Notes: generated by a model not told the origin, from the sequence alone. A stretch of 64,000 bases of DNA from Candidatus Gottesmanbacteria bacterium (GCA_963714095.1 OY970230.1:660084-724083); one strand, 5' to 3'; shown: positions 1 through 10,532, counted from the stretch's first letter. Translations and numbers: made by a program.

Positions 1-80
1 TATGTTTATTGAGCACGGTGATTATACTTGTTTATGCTCTATGACTCAATCATTGACGGTCTAAACTTTTGGCACGACAC

Positions 81-1295
81 ATGAAAATTTTATTGATTTC
101 TCCTGAAGACACAAAAGGAAGTAACTGGGGAGGCGTAAGTACATATACAACGTTATTAGCTAACTTTTTGGGAAGAATGCGTCAGGAAGTATATGTATTG
201 ACGCCTGGAAACAAAAACGAATCACGTTTAAACCGGATGTATCATTCCGTTCGGATTCAACGCACAAGAGAAGCAAGAAGGTTTTTTTTCTTGAGGGTAA
301 TCAGTAGAAAGCTTTGGATATATTTTCCTCTCTTTATGAAGAGAATACGTTGGGGGGTAGAAGTCTTGCATTATGTTAACACCCACGGGCCTTTTGATAT
401 TATCGAAGCACCGGAATGGGGAAATAGCACGCTGTTCGTCTCTTTATTCACAAGGCAAAAAACAATCGTAAAACTCCATCGGGGTTGGTATGCATACAGG
501 AAAGACAATGAATTACCGATGGATATTGATATTTGGCTTGTATGTATTCTGGAGTTCCTGTCCATCATTTTTGCAACGGTGATTGTGTCCCCCACTAAAT
601 ATATGCTGTCCTTTTATAAACCTTTTATATATCTCTATTCACTGAGAAGCAGAAAAAAAATAAAAGTCATTCCGTATGGAATTGAAATAAATCCAATGAC
701 CCGATTGTTATCAAAAAACATGCAAAAGGAAAAGTACATTCTGTATGTAGGAAGAATAGAAAAAGCAAAGGGCACTTTTATCCTTATCCAGGCATTTCGG
801 CGGATCACCAGACACTGTCAAAACGTACAATTGGTTATTGCGGGCGAGGATATGGACATGGTAATTGGCGATCGCACGCAAAGTTATAAGAGGTATCTAC
901 AATCCTACATACGGCGGTATCATTTTGAAAATAAGGTTACGTTTATTGGGAAAAAGACAAGAGATGAATTGAGTGCATTTTATAATAAATGCCTTTTTGT
1001 TATTGTTCCATCTTCGAAACGGGAAAATTCTCCATATGTTGTTCTAGAAGCCTTCTCTCATAATAAGACTGTTATTGCTAGCAATAACGGAGGATTACCC
1101 GAGATGATACAGGACAAAATGAATGGTGTACTATATTCACCAAATACCCCTGAAATATTGGCAGAGAAGATGCTTTATTTAATAGAACATGAAGAGGTTA
1201 GACAGAGGTTTGAAAAATATATCGCTGCTCACAAAAAGGAATTTGATATAAAAACAATCGCGCTACAAACGCTATCCTTTTATCAAACCGTCTGA
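81..1295 (+). CDS. Glycosyltransferase family 4 (GT-B)
   Basis: Motifs GGVSTY, ILYVGRIEKAKG and ENSPYVVLEAF..VIASNNGGLPE. ATG at 81 preferred over TTG at 69. Confidence 0.9.
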   Translation: MKILLISPEDTKGSNWGGVSTYTTLLANFLGRMRQEVYVLTPGNKNESRLNRMYHSVRIQRTREARRFFFLRVISRKLWIYFPLFMKRIRWGVEVLHYVNTHGPFDIIEAPEWGNSTLFVSLFTRQKTIVKLHRGWYAYRKDNELPMDIDIWLVCILEFLSIIFATVIVSPTKYMLSFYKPFIYLYSLRSRKKIKVIPYGIEINPMTRLLSKNMQKEKYILYVGRIEKAKGTFILIQAFRRITRHCQNVQLVIAGEDMDMVIGDRTQSYKRYLQSYIRRYHFENKVTFIGKKTRDELSAFYNKCLFVIVPSSKRENSPYVVLEAFSHNKTVIASNNGGLPEMIQDKMNGVLYSPNTPEILAEKMLYLIEHEEVRQRFEKYIAAHKKEFDIKTIALQTLSFYQTV

Positions 1296-2221
1296 TTTGC
1301 TGATCGGAACAGGTTGTGTTTAAGTGCCACTTTGATCGCGTCTTTCTGGAATGCATCATATTTGGTATATCCGCTGTAATGAATGGAAATCGTGTTATTT
1401 GAAAATACAGCTTCATATTCTTTATAGCACCATGCATTTATATACTGCTTCACCGGTAACTTCTTTTTTTTAACGGAAGAAAATGATAGATATATTGCAG
1501 TTTCCTCAGCAACGACTGTATATGCAAAGCGTTTTTTATAAAAATAGTCCAATACTCCATTAAGTATTTTTCTGTCGATACAGTGTTTATTAGGAATACA
1601 TAATAATCCGGAATTAAAACTGGGATCAATTTGGCTGGAGTAATGTTCGTTTATGAGTAAACGGCAGGAATATTCCATCTCTGCTTCAGAGTTATCATAA
1701 AAATTGATCGGATACGGAACATGGGCCGTGTAAAGAATTACATTTTCATCTGATTTCAGCCAATTTACTATTTCTTTTGGATAATCATAAAATAGTACAT
1801 CGGCATCGATATATATGTATCGATCAAAAGGGTTTAGGAAAAAAGCGTCCAGTTTTTTCCTCAATGGGTTTACATCTGTATCAAATCTAAATTCAAAGAT
1901 GTTTTCATATTTTTTAAACATCTTAATCATCCTGCGTTCGCTCGATGTGTGCGATTCATAGATAAGAGTAAAATGTTTATTTAATTTATGAATATCCTGT
2001 GGGGTTAACGTGCCGTCATCTACGACATATATGGGAAAATTTTCCTTTATCTGATAAAACAATGACTGTATATTGCAGATGAAAAAATCTATGTGGTCAT
2101 GGCAAAGCAATGTGCAGATGCCCACATGACTGGTGATTCTTGGTGTTTTTTTGCTGTCAAACCGGGTAATCAAAAAAGAAAACAGTACTTTTTTTGCTGC
2201 TGATTTAAGCTGTCCGAGCAT
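1283..2221 (-). CDS. GT-A fold glycosyltransferase (GT8-like)
   Basis: YIYIDADVLF DxD motif, FNSGLL and SIHYSG; glycan locus context. Confidence 0.7.
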   Translation of the reverse strand: MLGQLKSAAKKVLFSFLITRFDSKKTPRITSHVGICTLLCHDHIDFFICNIQSLFYQIKENFPIYVVDDGTLTPQDIHKLNKHFTLIYESHTSSERRMIKMFKKYENIFEFRFDTDVNPLRKKLDAFFLNPFDRYIYIDADVLFYDYPKEIVNWLKSDENVILYTAHVPYPINFYDNSEAEMEYSCRLLINEHYSSQIDPSFNSGLLCIPNKHCIDRKILNGVLDYFYKKRFAYTVVAEETAIYLSFSSVKKKKLPVKQYINAWCYKEYEAVFSNNTISIHYSGYTKYDAFQKDAIKVALKHNLFRSANQTV

Positions 2222-2254
2222 GGATAGGATTATAGCTATTACCGGATCGTTTTT

Positions 2255-3040
2255 CTAGCTACGGTTACCCTCAGTGTGTTTTGGTTGCGCATACATCCAC
2301 GTATATCCGTCATTCCGGAATTCATTCAAAACGGTTTTTTCGGATCCACGGACACGCGGACGTAAACCAATCGGCACGTCAGTGAGTTGTCTTTGGTGTG
2401 CATATGCCATCTTTATGGTGTGAGTACGACGGAAATTTTCTACAAATATGGCTTGTTCATGTGGATGTTTTTTTTCATGCAATTCCACAAGAAAACTGCA
2501 CGTAGCGAGTTCCGGAAATTTCTTCGGGTTGAAATAGAGCGCTTCATCTCCTTCGCAATCACAAAATATAAACGTATTTTTTACAAGTAGTTTATTTAGA
2601 TCGGGAACGTTGGGCATTTTGAGAATATGCAGGCGATTTTCTACATGATTTGCCTTAGCCATTTTTTCACAATCCCTCAGCGCCTCAAAGCTAATATCCA
2701 ATGCCCAGATCTGACTTTCAGGGATTCGCATAGCAAACCCGATCGCATAATATCCCTCGGCGCAACCGATATTTATAATCTTCGCATAACGCTTGCTGAT
2801 TATATCTACTATCCACGGATGAAGCTCTTTTTCATATACTCCCAGAAACTTGGGGATCAGTGCCGAACCGTAAGAAATATAATCCGGATACTGTAAGCCT
2901 TGAAATGGTCCGGAAAGAACGGTTTTCGCGGGCGATACCCGTTGAGCGATCCGACGTTCGTCATTGTTATCAAAAGGAACGTTAATAAAACGCCTGATCA
3001 AATTGAACGTATTGGGGAAAAAAAGATTCATATGACGCAC
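2255..3040 (-). CDS. SAM-dependent methyltransferase-like protein (glycan modification)
   Basis: INIGCAEGYY motif I, WALDIS and FCDCEGDE (FkbM-like). Confidence 0.7.
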   Translation of the reverse strand: MRHMNLFFPNTFNLIRRFINVPFDNNDERRIAQRVSPAKTVLSGPFQGLQYPDYISYGSALIPKFLGVYEKELHPWIVDIISKRYAKIINIGCAEGYYAIGFAMRIPESQIWALDISFEALRDCEKMAKANHVENRLHILKMPNVPDLNKLLVKNTFIFCDCEGDEALYFNPKKFPELATCSFLVELHEKKHPHEQAIFVENFRRTHTIKMAYAHQRQLTDVPIGLRPRVRGSEKTVLNEFRNDGYTWMYAQPKHTEGNRS

Positions 3041-3083
3041 TTCTGATATAATTCACGTTATTATTCTTTCAATTCCAGCATCA

Positions 3084-3614
3084 ATGCGACTATTATATAC
3101 GATCTTTATATCTCTTTTGTTTTTGATTGCTGCACCATGTATGGTGATAGTGGCGAGCATCGTTTTATTAACCTCAGATGCACCCCTGTTGGAACTGAAG
3201 AAATGTATTGGAAAAGACGGCAAAACGTTTACAGTATATTTGTTTAGAACAGGTAATAATTCCACCGGAAAATTTTTGCATAAAACCGGACTTGATCGTC
3301 TTCCCCAGTTTATTAATGTTATTAAGGGAGATATGATTTTAATCGGTCCCCACCCCATTTCATCAATAAATGTAAAAGAATATAAAGAACATTTCAGTAT
3401 TAGGCAATCTATAAAGCCGGGTATTATTTCTCCGCAGCTACTTCATGGACACGATAAAGAAATATTTACCCGGACACAAACCGATATCGCGTATGTAAAT
3501 CAGAAGTATATATTGACAGATTTATTGCTTTTCAAAGACGCATGCAGATTGTTCTGGATTAATTTTTGGCATAGTTTAGAGGACGCTTTTATACATTCTG
3601 ATAAAAAAAACTAA
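3084..3614 (+). CDS. Sugar transferase (polyprenyl-phosphate phosphoglycosyltransferase family), divergent
   Basis: IGKDGKTF..FRT, GLDRLPQFINVIKGDMILIGPHP and KPGI. The usual DELPQ reads DRLPQ. Confidence 0.8.
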   Translation: MRLLYTIFISLLFLIAAPCMVIVASIVLLTSDAPLLELKKCIGKDGKTFTVYLFRTGNNSTGKFLHKTGLDRLPQFINVIKGDMILIGPHPISSINVKEYKEHFSIRQSIKPGIISPQLLHGHDKEIFTRTQTDIAYVNQKYILTDLLLFKDACRLFWINFWHSLEDAFIHSDKKN

Positions 3615-3615
3615 G

Positions 3616-4389
3616 ATGAAAAAACAAATTCCTTATCAGAAATTTATTATTTTAGCGATGCCAAGAACCGGTTCTAATTACCTGTCGTATCTTTTGCATG
3701 ACCATCCGAATGTCATGTCTCTCGGGGAAGCATACTACCCACCGAGTGTTACTGTTAATCCGGGAAATCAATATATGAACAAAAGAAGAAGTTTATTCTA
3801 TTTCCGGAAACTATTTCCAACCCAATTTTTGAAATATTTCATTTTCCGGGATTATCCCCCACATATAAAAGCTGTCGGTTTCAGAGTATTTTATCATTAT
3901 AAAAAGGAAGGAGATCATTTTCAGCATTTTCCTTCTATTAAAAAATATTTAGTAGAACACAAAGAGGTAAAGATAATTCATCTTATACGGAATAATTTAT
4001 TAGAAAATTACGTTTCACTTTTTTTGGCTCTCAAAAGAGATTATTGGTGGACGGTAGGAACTAATCCTTATAAATATGAAAAAATTAAACTTCAATATAA
4101 AGACTGTCTCCGGCACTTTTCTATGTTGACCAGCATGACAAATGAATATAGACAGTTATTTAAATCTCACTCAACAATAGAAGTGTATTATGAAGACCTG
4201 GTGCAGCATAAAAAGAGAGAGCTTGATCGAATTCAAGAATTTTTAGGTATACGGCAAGAAAATTTATCCTGTGCACTTCAGAAACTTAATACCCGCCCAA
4301 TGGAACAGGTCATTTCGAATTTTGAAGCATTAAAAAAAAGGTTTGCCGGTTCTCGATGGATACACTTTTTTGACGAATCACAGGAGTAG
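3616..4389 (+). CDS. Sulfotransferase (Stf0-like)
   Basis: PAPS-binding loop MPRTGSNYL, IIHLIRNNLLENYVS and VYYEDL. Confidence 0.8.
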   Translation: MKKQIPYQKFIILAMPRTGSNYLSYLLHDHPNVMSLGEAYYPPSVTVNPGNQYMNKRRSLFYFRKLFPTQFLKYFIFRDYPPHIKAVGFRVFYHYKKEGDHFQHFPSIKKYLVEHKEVKIIHLIRNNLLENYVSLFLALKRDYWWTVGTNPYKYEKIKLQYKDCLRHFSMLTSMTNEYRQLFKSHSTIEVYYEDLVQHKKRELDRIQEFLGIRQENLSCALQKLNTRPMEQVISNFEALKKRFAGSRWIHFFDESQE

Positions 4390-4435
4390 GAAAAAAGAGA
4401 AGGCGGTGTACATATCACCCGTCATCGTTCGGCTA

Positions 4436-5116
4436 CTAGAACGTATCAGGGTAAATTTTGCCATCTTGCATACGAATGAGTGATGTACACATTGTTCGTA
4501 AATAATCTAATTGTTGAGATACCAAAAGAATGGTTGTCCCTTTCGCGAATAACTGATTCATTTTTTTAATACATTTTTGTTGAAACTTACTGTCGCCGAC
4601 AGCCATCCCTTCATCGATAATGAGGATAGTCGGGTTTGCGTGTGCAGCAATGGCAAAACCGAGACGGAGCTTCATGCCGAAGGAGTATCGAAACAATGCT
4701 GTATCGATAAATTGTCTAATATCCGCGAACCGAATAATTGCGTTGAGTTTTTGCGTAATCTCTTTTTGCGACATTCCCAACAGCATGCCGTTAAGATAAA
4801 TATTCTGGACACCGGTTAAATCAGGGTGGAATCCTGCCTCAAGATCGATTAACGATACAACTTTGCCGTATGTTTTTACAACGCCTGACGTAGGATGAGT
4901 AATTCCGGAAACGATTTTAAGCAGGGTCGTTTTCCCTGAGCCATTTAGGCCAATGATACCAACTCTTTCTCCTTTTCGGACTACAAGGTTAATATCTTTC
5001 AGGGCCCAAAATGTTTCATTGGGTCCTTGTACGAATTTTTCAACCAGTGTCGGTTTTTCATGATGGATTTCATACTTTTTTGAAATATTGGTCAGTTGAA
5101 TAACAATATTTTTCAT
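4436..5116 (-). CDS. wzt: Polysaccharide ABC exporter ATP-binding subunit (Wzt/TagH-like, no C-terminal extension)
   Basis: GLNGSGKTT, YSFGMKLRLGF and IIDE; ATGA overlap with wzm. Confidence 0.88.
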   Translation of the reverse strand: MKNIVIQLTNISKKYEIHHEKPTLVEKFVQGPNETFWALKDINLVVRKGERVGIIGLNGSGKTTLLKIVSGITHPTSGVVKTYGKVVSLIDLEAGFHPDLTGVQNIYLNGMLLGMSQKEITQKLNAIIRFADIRQFIDTALFRYSFGMKLRLGFAIAAHANPTILIIDEGMAVGDSKFQQKCIKKMNQLFAKGTTILLVSQQLDYLRTMCTSLIRMQDGKIYPDTF

Positions 5117-5880
5117 AGCCAATCATCGAAAGTTTTACTTTCCTTCCGGAATAAAAAGAAACCAAGTACGGTGATTACAATAATGACTACAATATTTGAA
5201 GCAAGCATACCCAAGCCAGGCGCAGGAGCACCCAAGAGTGCATATTGGGCAAGCTGCAAAATTGAAGTGAGCGGGTTCAAGCGCCAGATCCATAACATGC
5301 CCCGTGGTATTTGTGAAAGAGAATACACAATAGGTGTTGCATAAAACCATGGTATAAGGAGTGCCTGAATGAAAAAATTTACATCACGGTATTTAACGTC
5401 AAGAGCAGAAGTTAATATACTTATACCGGCTGTAAATATACACAACAAAACAATGGCAGATACGATATATGGTAATTTATTGAATGACATTTTACCGAGA
5501 AATGCTATCGGGATAAGAAGTAACACGAGGGCAACGAAAAAGTTGATAAAATTAGACAAAATGATAGAAAGCGGAATGACCATGTGTGGAAAAACAGCCT
5601 TTTTAATAAGTGACCGTTCGTTTACTATCGAAGGAGCGCACTTCGTCAGCGAGAGAGAAAAGAAATTCCAGATGAGAAGTCCTGTAAATAGGTAATAATA
5701 ATAATGCTCGATGGGTTCTTTGATAAAAAAAGTAAACACAAACCCGATAACAAGCATTTGAAGAAGCGGATTTGCAACGAGCCATAAAAACCCAAATATT
5801 GTATATTTATACCTCGCACGGAGTTCCTTGTCCGTCATGGACCAGAGGAGTTCAAAAAAATGTTGAATGTTCCTAGTCAT
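5113..5880 (-). CDS. wzm: Polysaccharide ABC exporter permease (Wzm/TagG-like)
   Basis: ELRARYKYTIFGFLW..NPL, YRDV, FYATPIVY and LNPL; multiple TM segments. Confidence 0.88.
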   Translation of the reverse strand: MTRNIQHFFELLWSMTDKELRARYKYTIFGFLWLVANPLLQMLVIGFVFTFFIKEPIEHYYYYLFTGLLIWNFFSLSLTKCAPSIVNERSLIKKAVFPHMVIPLSIILSNFINFFVALVLLLIPIAFLGKMSFNKLPYIVSAIVLLCIFTAGISILTSALDVKYRDVNFFIQALLIPWFYATPIVYSLSQIPRGMLWIWRLNPLTSILQLAQYALLGAPAPGLGMLASNIVVIIVITVLGFFLFRKESKTFDDWL

Positions 5881-5936
5881 GCAGGTATTATAACGTATAT
5901 TATTTCTGTATTATTCCAGTTGGTGTCCTTCAAATA

Positions 5937-6896
5937 TTACTGAAAGGCATGCCGGATAATTTTCTCGGCGCAGGAATTTGCGGAAAGTTTATCAGTGTTG
6001 CAGACGATATCTGGATGAGTTGGAATATCGTAATCCGCATCAAAACCCGTGAGTTGTTTGAGCTTGCCCGCTTTTGCTTTTTTATATAATCCTTTTGTAT
6101 CGCGCCGCATTCTTGTTTGAAGCGACGCGGCAATATAGATTTCGATAAACCGTTTCTTCCCTATCATTTTTTTCGCCTCTGACCGGATTTTCCCCTCAGG
6201 AGAAACGAAAGAACAAATAACAAGAATTCCGTGGTCAGCAAACATGGCTGCAAGATATGCCATCCGGCGAATATGGTCTGCCCTGTCCTGTTTACTAAAG
6301 CCCGCCGACTTTGCTAAGGGGCTTGATCGCATCGCGTCTCCGTCAAGGACCTGATACTTAAGATGCGGGAACTGGTTTTTGATAATAGAAACAAGTCTGT
6401 TTGCAATCGTTGTTTTCCCGCTGCATGGACAGCCTGTTAACCATAAGACCATGCCATGATCGAGAATTGATGAGACCTTAGAGGAAAGCATATAGGAAGA
6501 ATCTTTACTTGCAACGCTTTTGGTCCATCCGGGGTCGCCCGCCCGAAGTTTGTTGCGGATTTGAGTTCCGGATATTTGTTTTGTTTCTGCATCAACGTCG
6601 ACTAGTTCCGTTTTGTATCCGACTCCTCTTCCCCAATAAACGCCGTCAATGTCGGGGATAATCATAATTGTTCCTTTTATTTTGTTTTCAACCATCCACG
6701 TTTTAATGTACTGGGCCCGTATACTCGGAGAAAATGCCTCTTTTGCAGTATTCCGAACAAGAATTAACAGCGGTGCACCGGGGTTCTCTTTCAGCTTTTT
6801 TAACATAATCGCAGTATGACCTTTGTGAAACGGCGCCCATCGTCCGATGAACATCATGTGAGGAACGGTGATATCGGCATTTGTGAAGTAAATCAT
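5937..6896 (-). CDS. cysC: Fusion of an N-terminal HxGH nucleotidyltransferase domain and a C-terminal adenylylsulfate (APS) kinase
   Basis: N-term GRWAPFHKGH...ISGTQIR. C-term WLTGCPCSGKTT, LDGD, RDTKGLYKKA and LTGFDADYD. Confidence 0.85.
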   Translation of the reverse strand: MIYFTNADITVPHMMFIGRWAPFHKGHTAIMLKKLKENPGAPLLILVRNTAKEAFSPSIRAQYIKTWMVENKIKGTIMIIPDIDGVYWGRGVGYKTELVDVDAETKQISGTQIRNKLRAGDPGWTKSVASKDSSYMLSSKVSSILDHGMVLWLTGCPCSGKTTIANRLVSIIKNQFPHLKYQVLDGDAMRSSPLAKSAGFSKQDRADHIRRMAYLAAMFADHGILVICSFVSPEGKIRSEAKKMIGKKRFIEIYIAASLQTRMRRDTKGLYKKAKAGKLKQLTGFDADYDIPTHPDIVCNTDKLSANSCAEKIIRHAFQ

Positions 6897-6941
6897 ATTT
6901 TTGCGTTAAAAAAGAATTATAGCATAAGTCATTATCATAAA

Positions 6942-7715
6942 TTATTTAAGGATTTCAAAACCCCACCGTTTTCCGATTTCGTTTTCGATAGGATGAAATA
7001 TTCCATAATCAATGAGTATACCCAAAAGAAGAATAACCAACATGATTGCGGCAACCTGGGCCACATCATTCAGATCTCTTCCGAACATGAGCAGCTGGCC
7101 GAGTCCGGTGGTTACAAACAGCATCTCGCCGGATATAAGCGCACGCCATGCAAATGACCATGCCTGCTTAATGCCCATAAAGTATGAAGGAAACATCGAC
7201 GGAAAGATAATATGCTGATATAGTTTTATGCCCCGCGCATCAAGCATGGTTCCGGCTCTCAAAAAAGATAGAGGGATCATTCGGATTGATGAGGCGGTTG
7301 TCAGCGTTACGCTTACAACAGTTCCCATGACGATGACAAAAATTATGGCCGTATCGGTTAATCCGAACCAGAGTATTGCCATCGGTAGCCAGCAGATGCT
7401 CGGGAGCGTTTGAAATCCCAGCAGAACGACGCCGAGTGTTTGTCGCAGTAACAATGAGCGTGACAGAGCAATGCCGATGCCCGTTCCAAGCAATAAGGAA
7501 ATGAAAAAACCAATGATGAGCCGTCTGAAACTAGAAATGATTGCCGGAAACAGAAAACCACGGGCTATTTGCTGCATAAATGCAGCCGTGACTGCTTCGG
7601 GGCTTGGAAAAATCCAGAATGGAATGACATGAGAAAGTGAAAGCATTTCCCATATGAGACAAACCACGAGAAAAAAAATAAAAAAATATACGACCGGCCA
7701 GATCCGTTTATTCAT
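6942..7715 (-). CDS. NitT/TauT/SsuC family ABC permease
   Basis: FPSP, QTLPSICWLP..LWFG and AWRALISGEM. Confidence 0.88.
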   Translation of the reverse strand: MNKRIWPVVYFFIFFLVVCLIWEMLSLSHVIPFWIFPSPEAVTAAFMQQIARGFLFPAIISSFRRLIIGFFISLLLGTGIGIALSRSLLLRQTLGVVLLGFQTLPSICWLPMAILWFGLTDTAIIFVIVMGTVVSVTLTTASSIRMIPLSFLRAGTMLDARGIKLYQHIIFPSMFPSYFMGIKQAWSFAWRALISGEMLFVTTGLGQLLMFGRDLNDVAQVAAIMLVILLLGILIDYGIFHPIENEIGKRWGFEILK

Positions 7716-7716
7716 A

Positions 7717-8436
7717 TTAATTAGCCGTAAGCAGAGTTCGTACTCTATTGGCTATGCGAATGACCGGTGCGTCTCCGATATTCCGCGGTCGCGGTGTACG
7801 GACTTGCACTTCGGCGGTAACAGTTGCCGGTCTTGGTGACATCACCAGTATTCGGTCACCGAGACATGCCGCTTCCCGTACATTATGTGTGACAAAAAGT
7901 ACGGTTGCGCCGGTTATTTTACAAATACGCTGCAAATCTCCGTACATCGTTTCCCGTGTCAGGGCATCCAGCGACGCAAACGGTTCGTCCATGAGGAGAA
8001 TATCAGGTGAAAGCACTAATGTTCGCGCAATAGCAGTACGTTGTTTCATACCTCCGGATAATTGATGGGGATATGCCTGTTCAAATCCATGGAGCTTCAC
8101 AAGACGTATCATGTGGGAGACTTGTATATTTATGTCCTTCGTGTTGACATTGCGCATCCGGAGTCCGAAGGAAATATTTTCCCATACGGTAAGCCACGGA
8201 AATAACGTTGGATCCTGAAAAAGCATCCCGATTTTTCCAGACGACTGGATTGTGCCCGCGGTAGCCTTTTCCAATCCTGCAATAATAGACAGCAGTGTCG
8301 ATTTTCCGCATCCGGATGGTCCCACAAAACAGACGAATTCCCCAGTCCGGATTCCAAATGAGAGATCAGCAATCGCATCAATGTCGCCGAATTGTTGACG
8401 AAATGTTTTTTTAATATGATCTACCTGTAATTTCAT
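7717..8436 (-). CDS. NitT/TauT/SsuB family ABC ATP-binding protein
   Basis: GPSGCGKST, YPHQLSGGMKQR, LMDEPF and VTHN. Confidence 0.9.
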   Translation of the reverse strand: MKLQVDHIKKTFRQQFGDIDAIADLSFGIRTGEFVCFVGPSGCGKSTLLSIIAGLEKATAGTIQSSGKIGMLFQDPTLFPWLTVWENISFGLRMRNVNTKDINIQVSHMIRLVKLHGFEQAYPHQLSGGMKQRTAIARTLVLSPDILLMDEPFASLDALTRETMYGDLQRICKITGATVLFVTHNVREAACLGDRILVMSPRPATVTAEVQVRTPRPRNIGDAPVIRIANRVRTLLTAN

Positions 8437-9448
8437 GGAGAATGGACAAATCAAATATGCCGTCTATCTGACCGGTTGATGTTGCGATAAAACCTTCATT
8501 GCGTGACCACGCAGAAAAGGAGGCGATGGAAGACATTGCGGGGTCGGTGCTGAACGACAAACGGTTCCAAGCATCGTCCAGTACATTTGTAGGGATTTGT
8601 TTTGATGTCAGTTTTTCTAATTCCTTGTTGACTGTGAGGCGCGCTTCTTCGGGATTATCAGTAATCCACTTTGTAATTTCTACCTGTGCCATGACCCATG
8701 AGCGGACGATTTGTGGATTCTCCTGTAAGAATTTTTTGCGGACAATGACAACAGTAGTGGAAAAGACGCCGTCCTTCCAGAGGCTCCGTTCATCGATGAT
8801 CCGTTTGCCGCCGGCTTCTGTCGTGAGAATTGTTGCCCACGGTTCGGGCGCCCATGCGCCGTCAATTTCCTTTTTTTGGAACAGCGGGACCTGGTCGGCG
8901 TTCGCAACAGGGATAATAGTGGTAGTTTTTTTCAGTCCCTCAACGGACAAATAATGCCGAAGGGATAGATCCTGTGTATTTCCCTGCTGCGGTGAGGCTA
9001 TCTTTTTGCCTTGTAAAGCCTGCGGACCAACGGATGCAAATGCAGCTGCAATATCCGGTTGCACGACAAGTGACGCCCCACCCAAGGCTGATCCGCTTAC
9101 AATGCGCACCTCCTGGCCGCCGGATTTTACATACCCGTTGATTGCCGGTCCGGGACCGATGTATCCGATATCAATCGAACCTGCAAATAATGCTTCAATT
9201 TCGGAGGGCCCTGCATTGAACACCTTCGTTTCTATCCGGATATTTTTGCCGAGATATTTTTGAAACGTTCCCTGTGAAAGCCCGATTATTGCCTGAGCGT
9301 GTGTTATGTTGGGGAAGTATCCAACCCTGACGATTGTTGTCTTGACCGGTTGTTTTGTCGCGGACCGCCGTATAGAGAAAAGATATGAGAACACGGCTAT
9401 TCCGAGAATCAAAATACCGATAACGGGAAACAGAATACTTTTTTTCAT
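8411..9448 (-). CDS. SsuA-like (sulfonate/sulfate/nitrate) ABC substrate-binding protein
   Basis: VGYFPNITHAQA, FNAGP, YIGPGPAING, GNTQD and PEPWA; N-terminal anchor. Confidence 0.85.
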   Translation of the reverse strand: MKKSILFPVIGILILGIAVFSYLFSIRRSATKQPVKTTIVRVGYFPNITHAQAIIGLSQGTFQKYLGKNIRIETKVFNAGPSEIEALFAGSIDIGYIGPGPAINGYVKSGGQEVRIVSGSALGGASLVVQPDIAAAFASVGPQALQGKKIASPQQGNTQDLSLRHYLSVEGLKKTTTIIPVANADQVPLFQKKEIDGAWAPEPWATILTTEAGGKRIIDERSLWKDGVFSTTVVIVRKKFLQENPQIVRSWVMAQVEITKWITDNPEEARLTVNKELEKLTSKQIPTNVLDDAWNRLSFSTDPAMSSIASFSAWSRNEGFIATSTGQIDGIFDLSILHEITGRSY

Positions 9449-9563
9449 GTGCGTATGTGTTTATAGAGTATCCACCGATAGAAAGTCAACTGTTCTGTTG
9501 AAATGATATTCTGTTATGGTATACCATACCTACCGTTGCTGTTCTATATAGAGTTTGTTTTGT

Positions 9564-10532
9564 ATGAAACACACGTCATCAAAGATATCTGTGGTTATTG
9601 CAGGATTCGGGTATTGGGGAAAGATACTTGCGCGGGTGGTAGCAGGTATTCCGGACGTGAGAATCACGGGAATTACAGATCCGGGGATACGTGATTCGTC
9701 AGTAGATATAGGAAATTTTCGTATTCCTGTACTGCGGGATATGGATACAGTTTTAAAAGATGAGGGTATTAACGCTGTCATGATTTCCTCCCCCGCTCAA
9801 AGCCATTTCGATATTGCACAAGAGGCGCTTATTCACAAGAAACACGTTTTTATAGAAAAACCGATGACACTTTCTTCCCGTGATGCAAAGATGCTTGTTA
9901 TTCTTGCACAAAAAAATAACCGCGTGTTTCTTGTTGATCATACGTATATATATTCCGATGCAATCGCGCAGATGAAACGCATGATAGCCCGCGGGGATAT
10001 TGGGGCTGTATATACCATGGAGAGTGTTCGGATGAATTGGGGGACGCAGCGCCCCGACTGTTCTGTAGTGTGGGATTTGGCGGCGCATGATGTTGCCATA
10101 TACCGATATTTTTTTGGTCCGCCCACAAGGGTCCGGGCAACAGGATTTCAGTACGGCCGCGTCGGGTTTCCGAATCGGGCGACAGTCTATCTGGGGAATA
10201 GACACGGAATATCGGGCATATGCGATGTCAGTTGGGTGTATCCGAAAAAAATCCGCCTTTTAACACTCATCGGGACGAAAGGATGTTTGGTCATGGATGA
10301 AATAGAATTGAAAGGGAAAATTAAAATGTACAGGAATGGATCCGTCGAAAAAACTATTGATTCGGATGACGCCCTGAAGGAACCGCTTCGCCGCGCGTGC
10401 GAAGATTTTGCCGCGTGTATACAAGAAGGTAGAACACCGCGTGTGTCCGGAACAGACGGAGCCGCCGTAGTTTCCGTTCTGGAGGCGGCCGACCGGTCGC
10501 TTACCGGGCCACAGGAATGGGAGGAACTATGA
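9564..10532 (+). CDS. Gfo/Idh/MocA family oxidoreductase (NDP-sugar dehydrogenase)
   Basis: GFGYWG, HVFIEKPM and WDLAAHD. Confidence 0.88.
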   Translation: MKHTSSKISVVIAGFGYWGKILARVVAGIPDVRITGITDPGIRDSSVDIGNFRIPVLRDMDTVLKDEGINAVMISSPAQSHFDIAQEALIHKKHVFIEKPMTLSSRDAKMLVILAQKNNRVFLVDHTYIYSDAIAQMKRMIARGDIGAVYTMESVRMNWGTQRPDCSVVWDLAAHDVAIYRYFFGPPTRVRATGFQYGRVGFPNRATVYLGNRHGISGICDVSWVYPKKIRLLTLIGTKGCLVMDEIELKGKIKMYRNGSVEKTIDSDDALKEPLRRACEDFAACIQEGRTPRVSGTDGAAVVSVLEAADRSLTGPQEWEEL

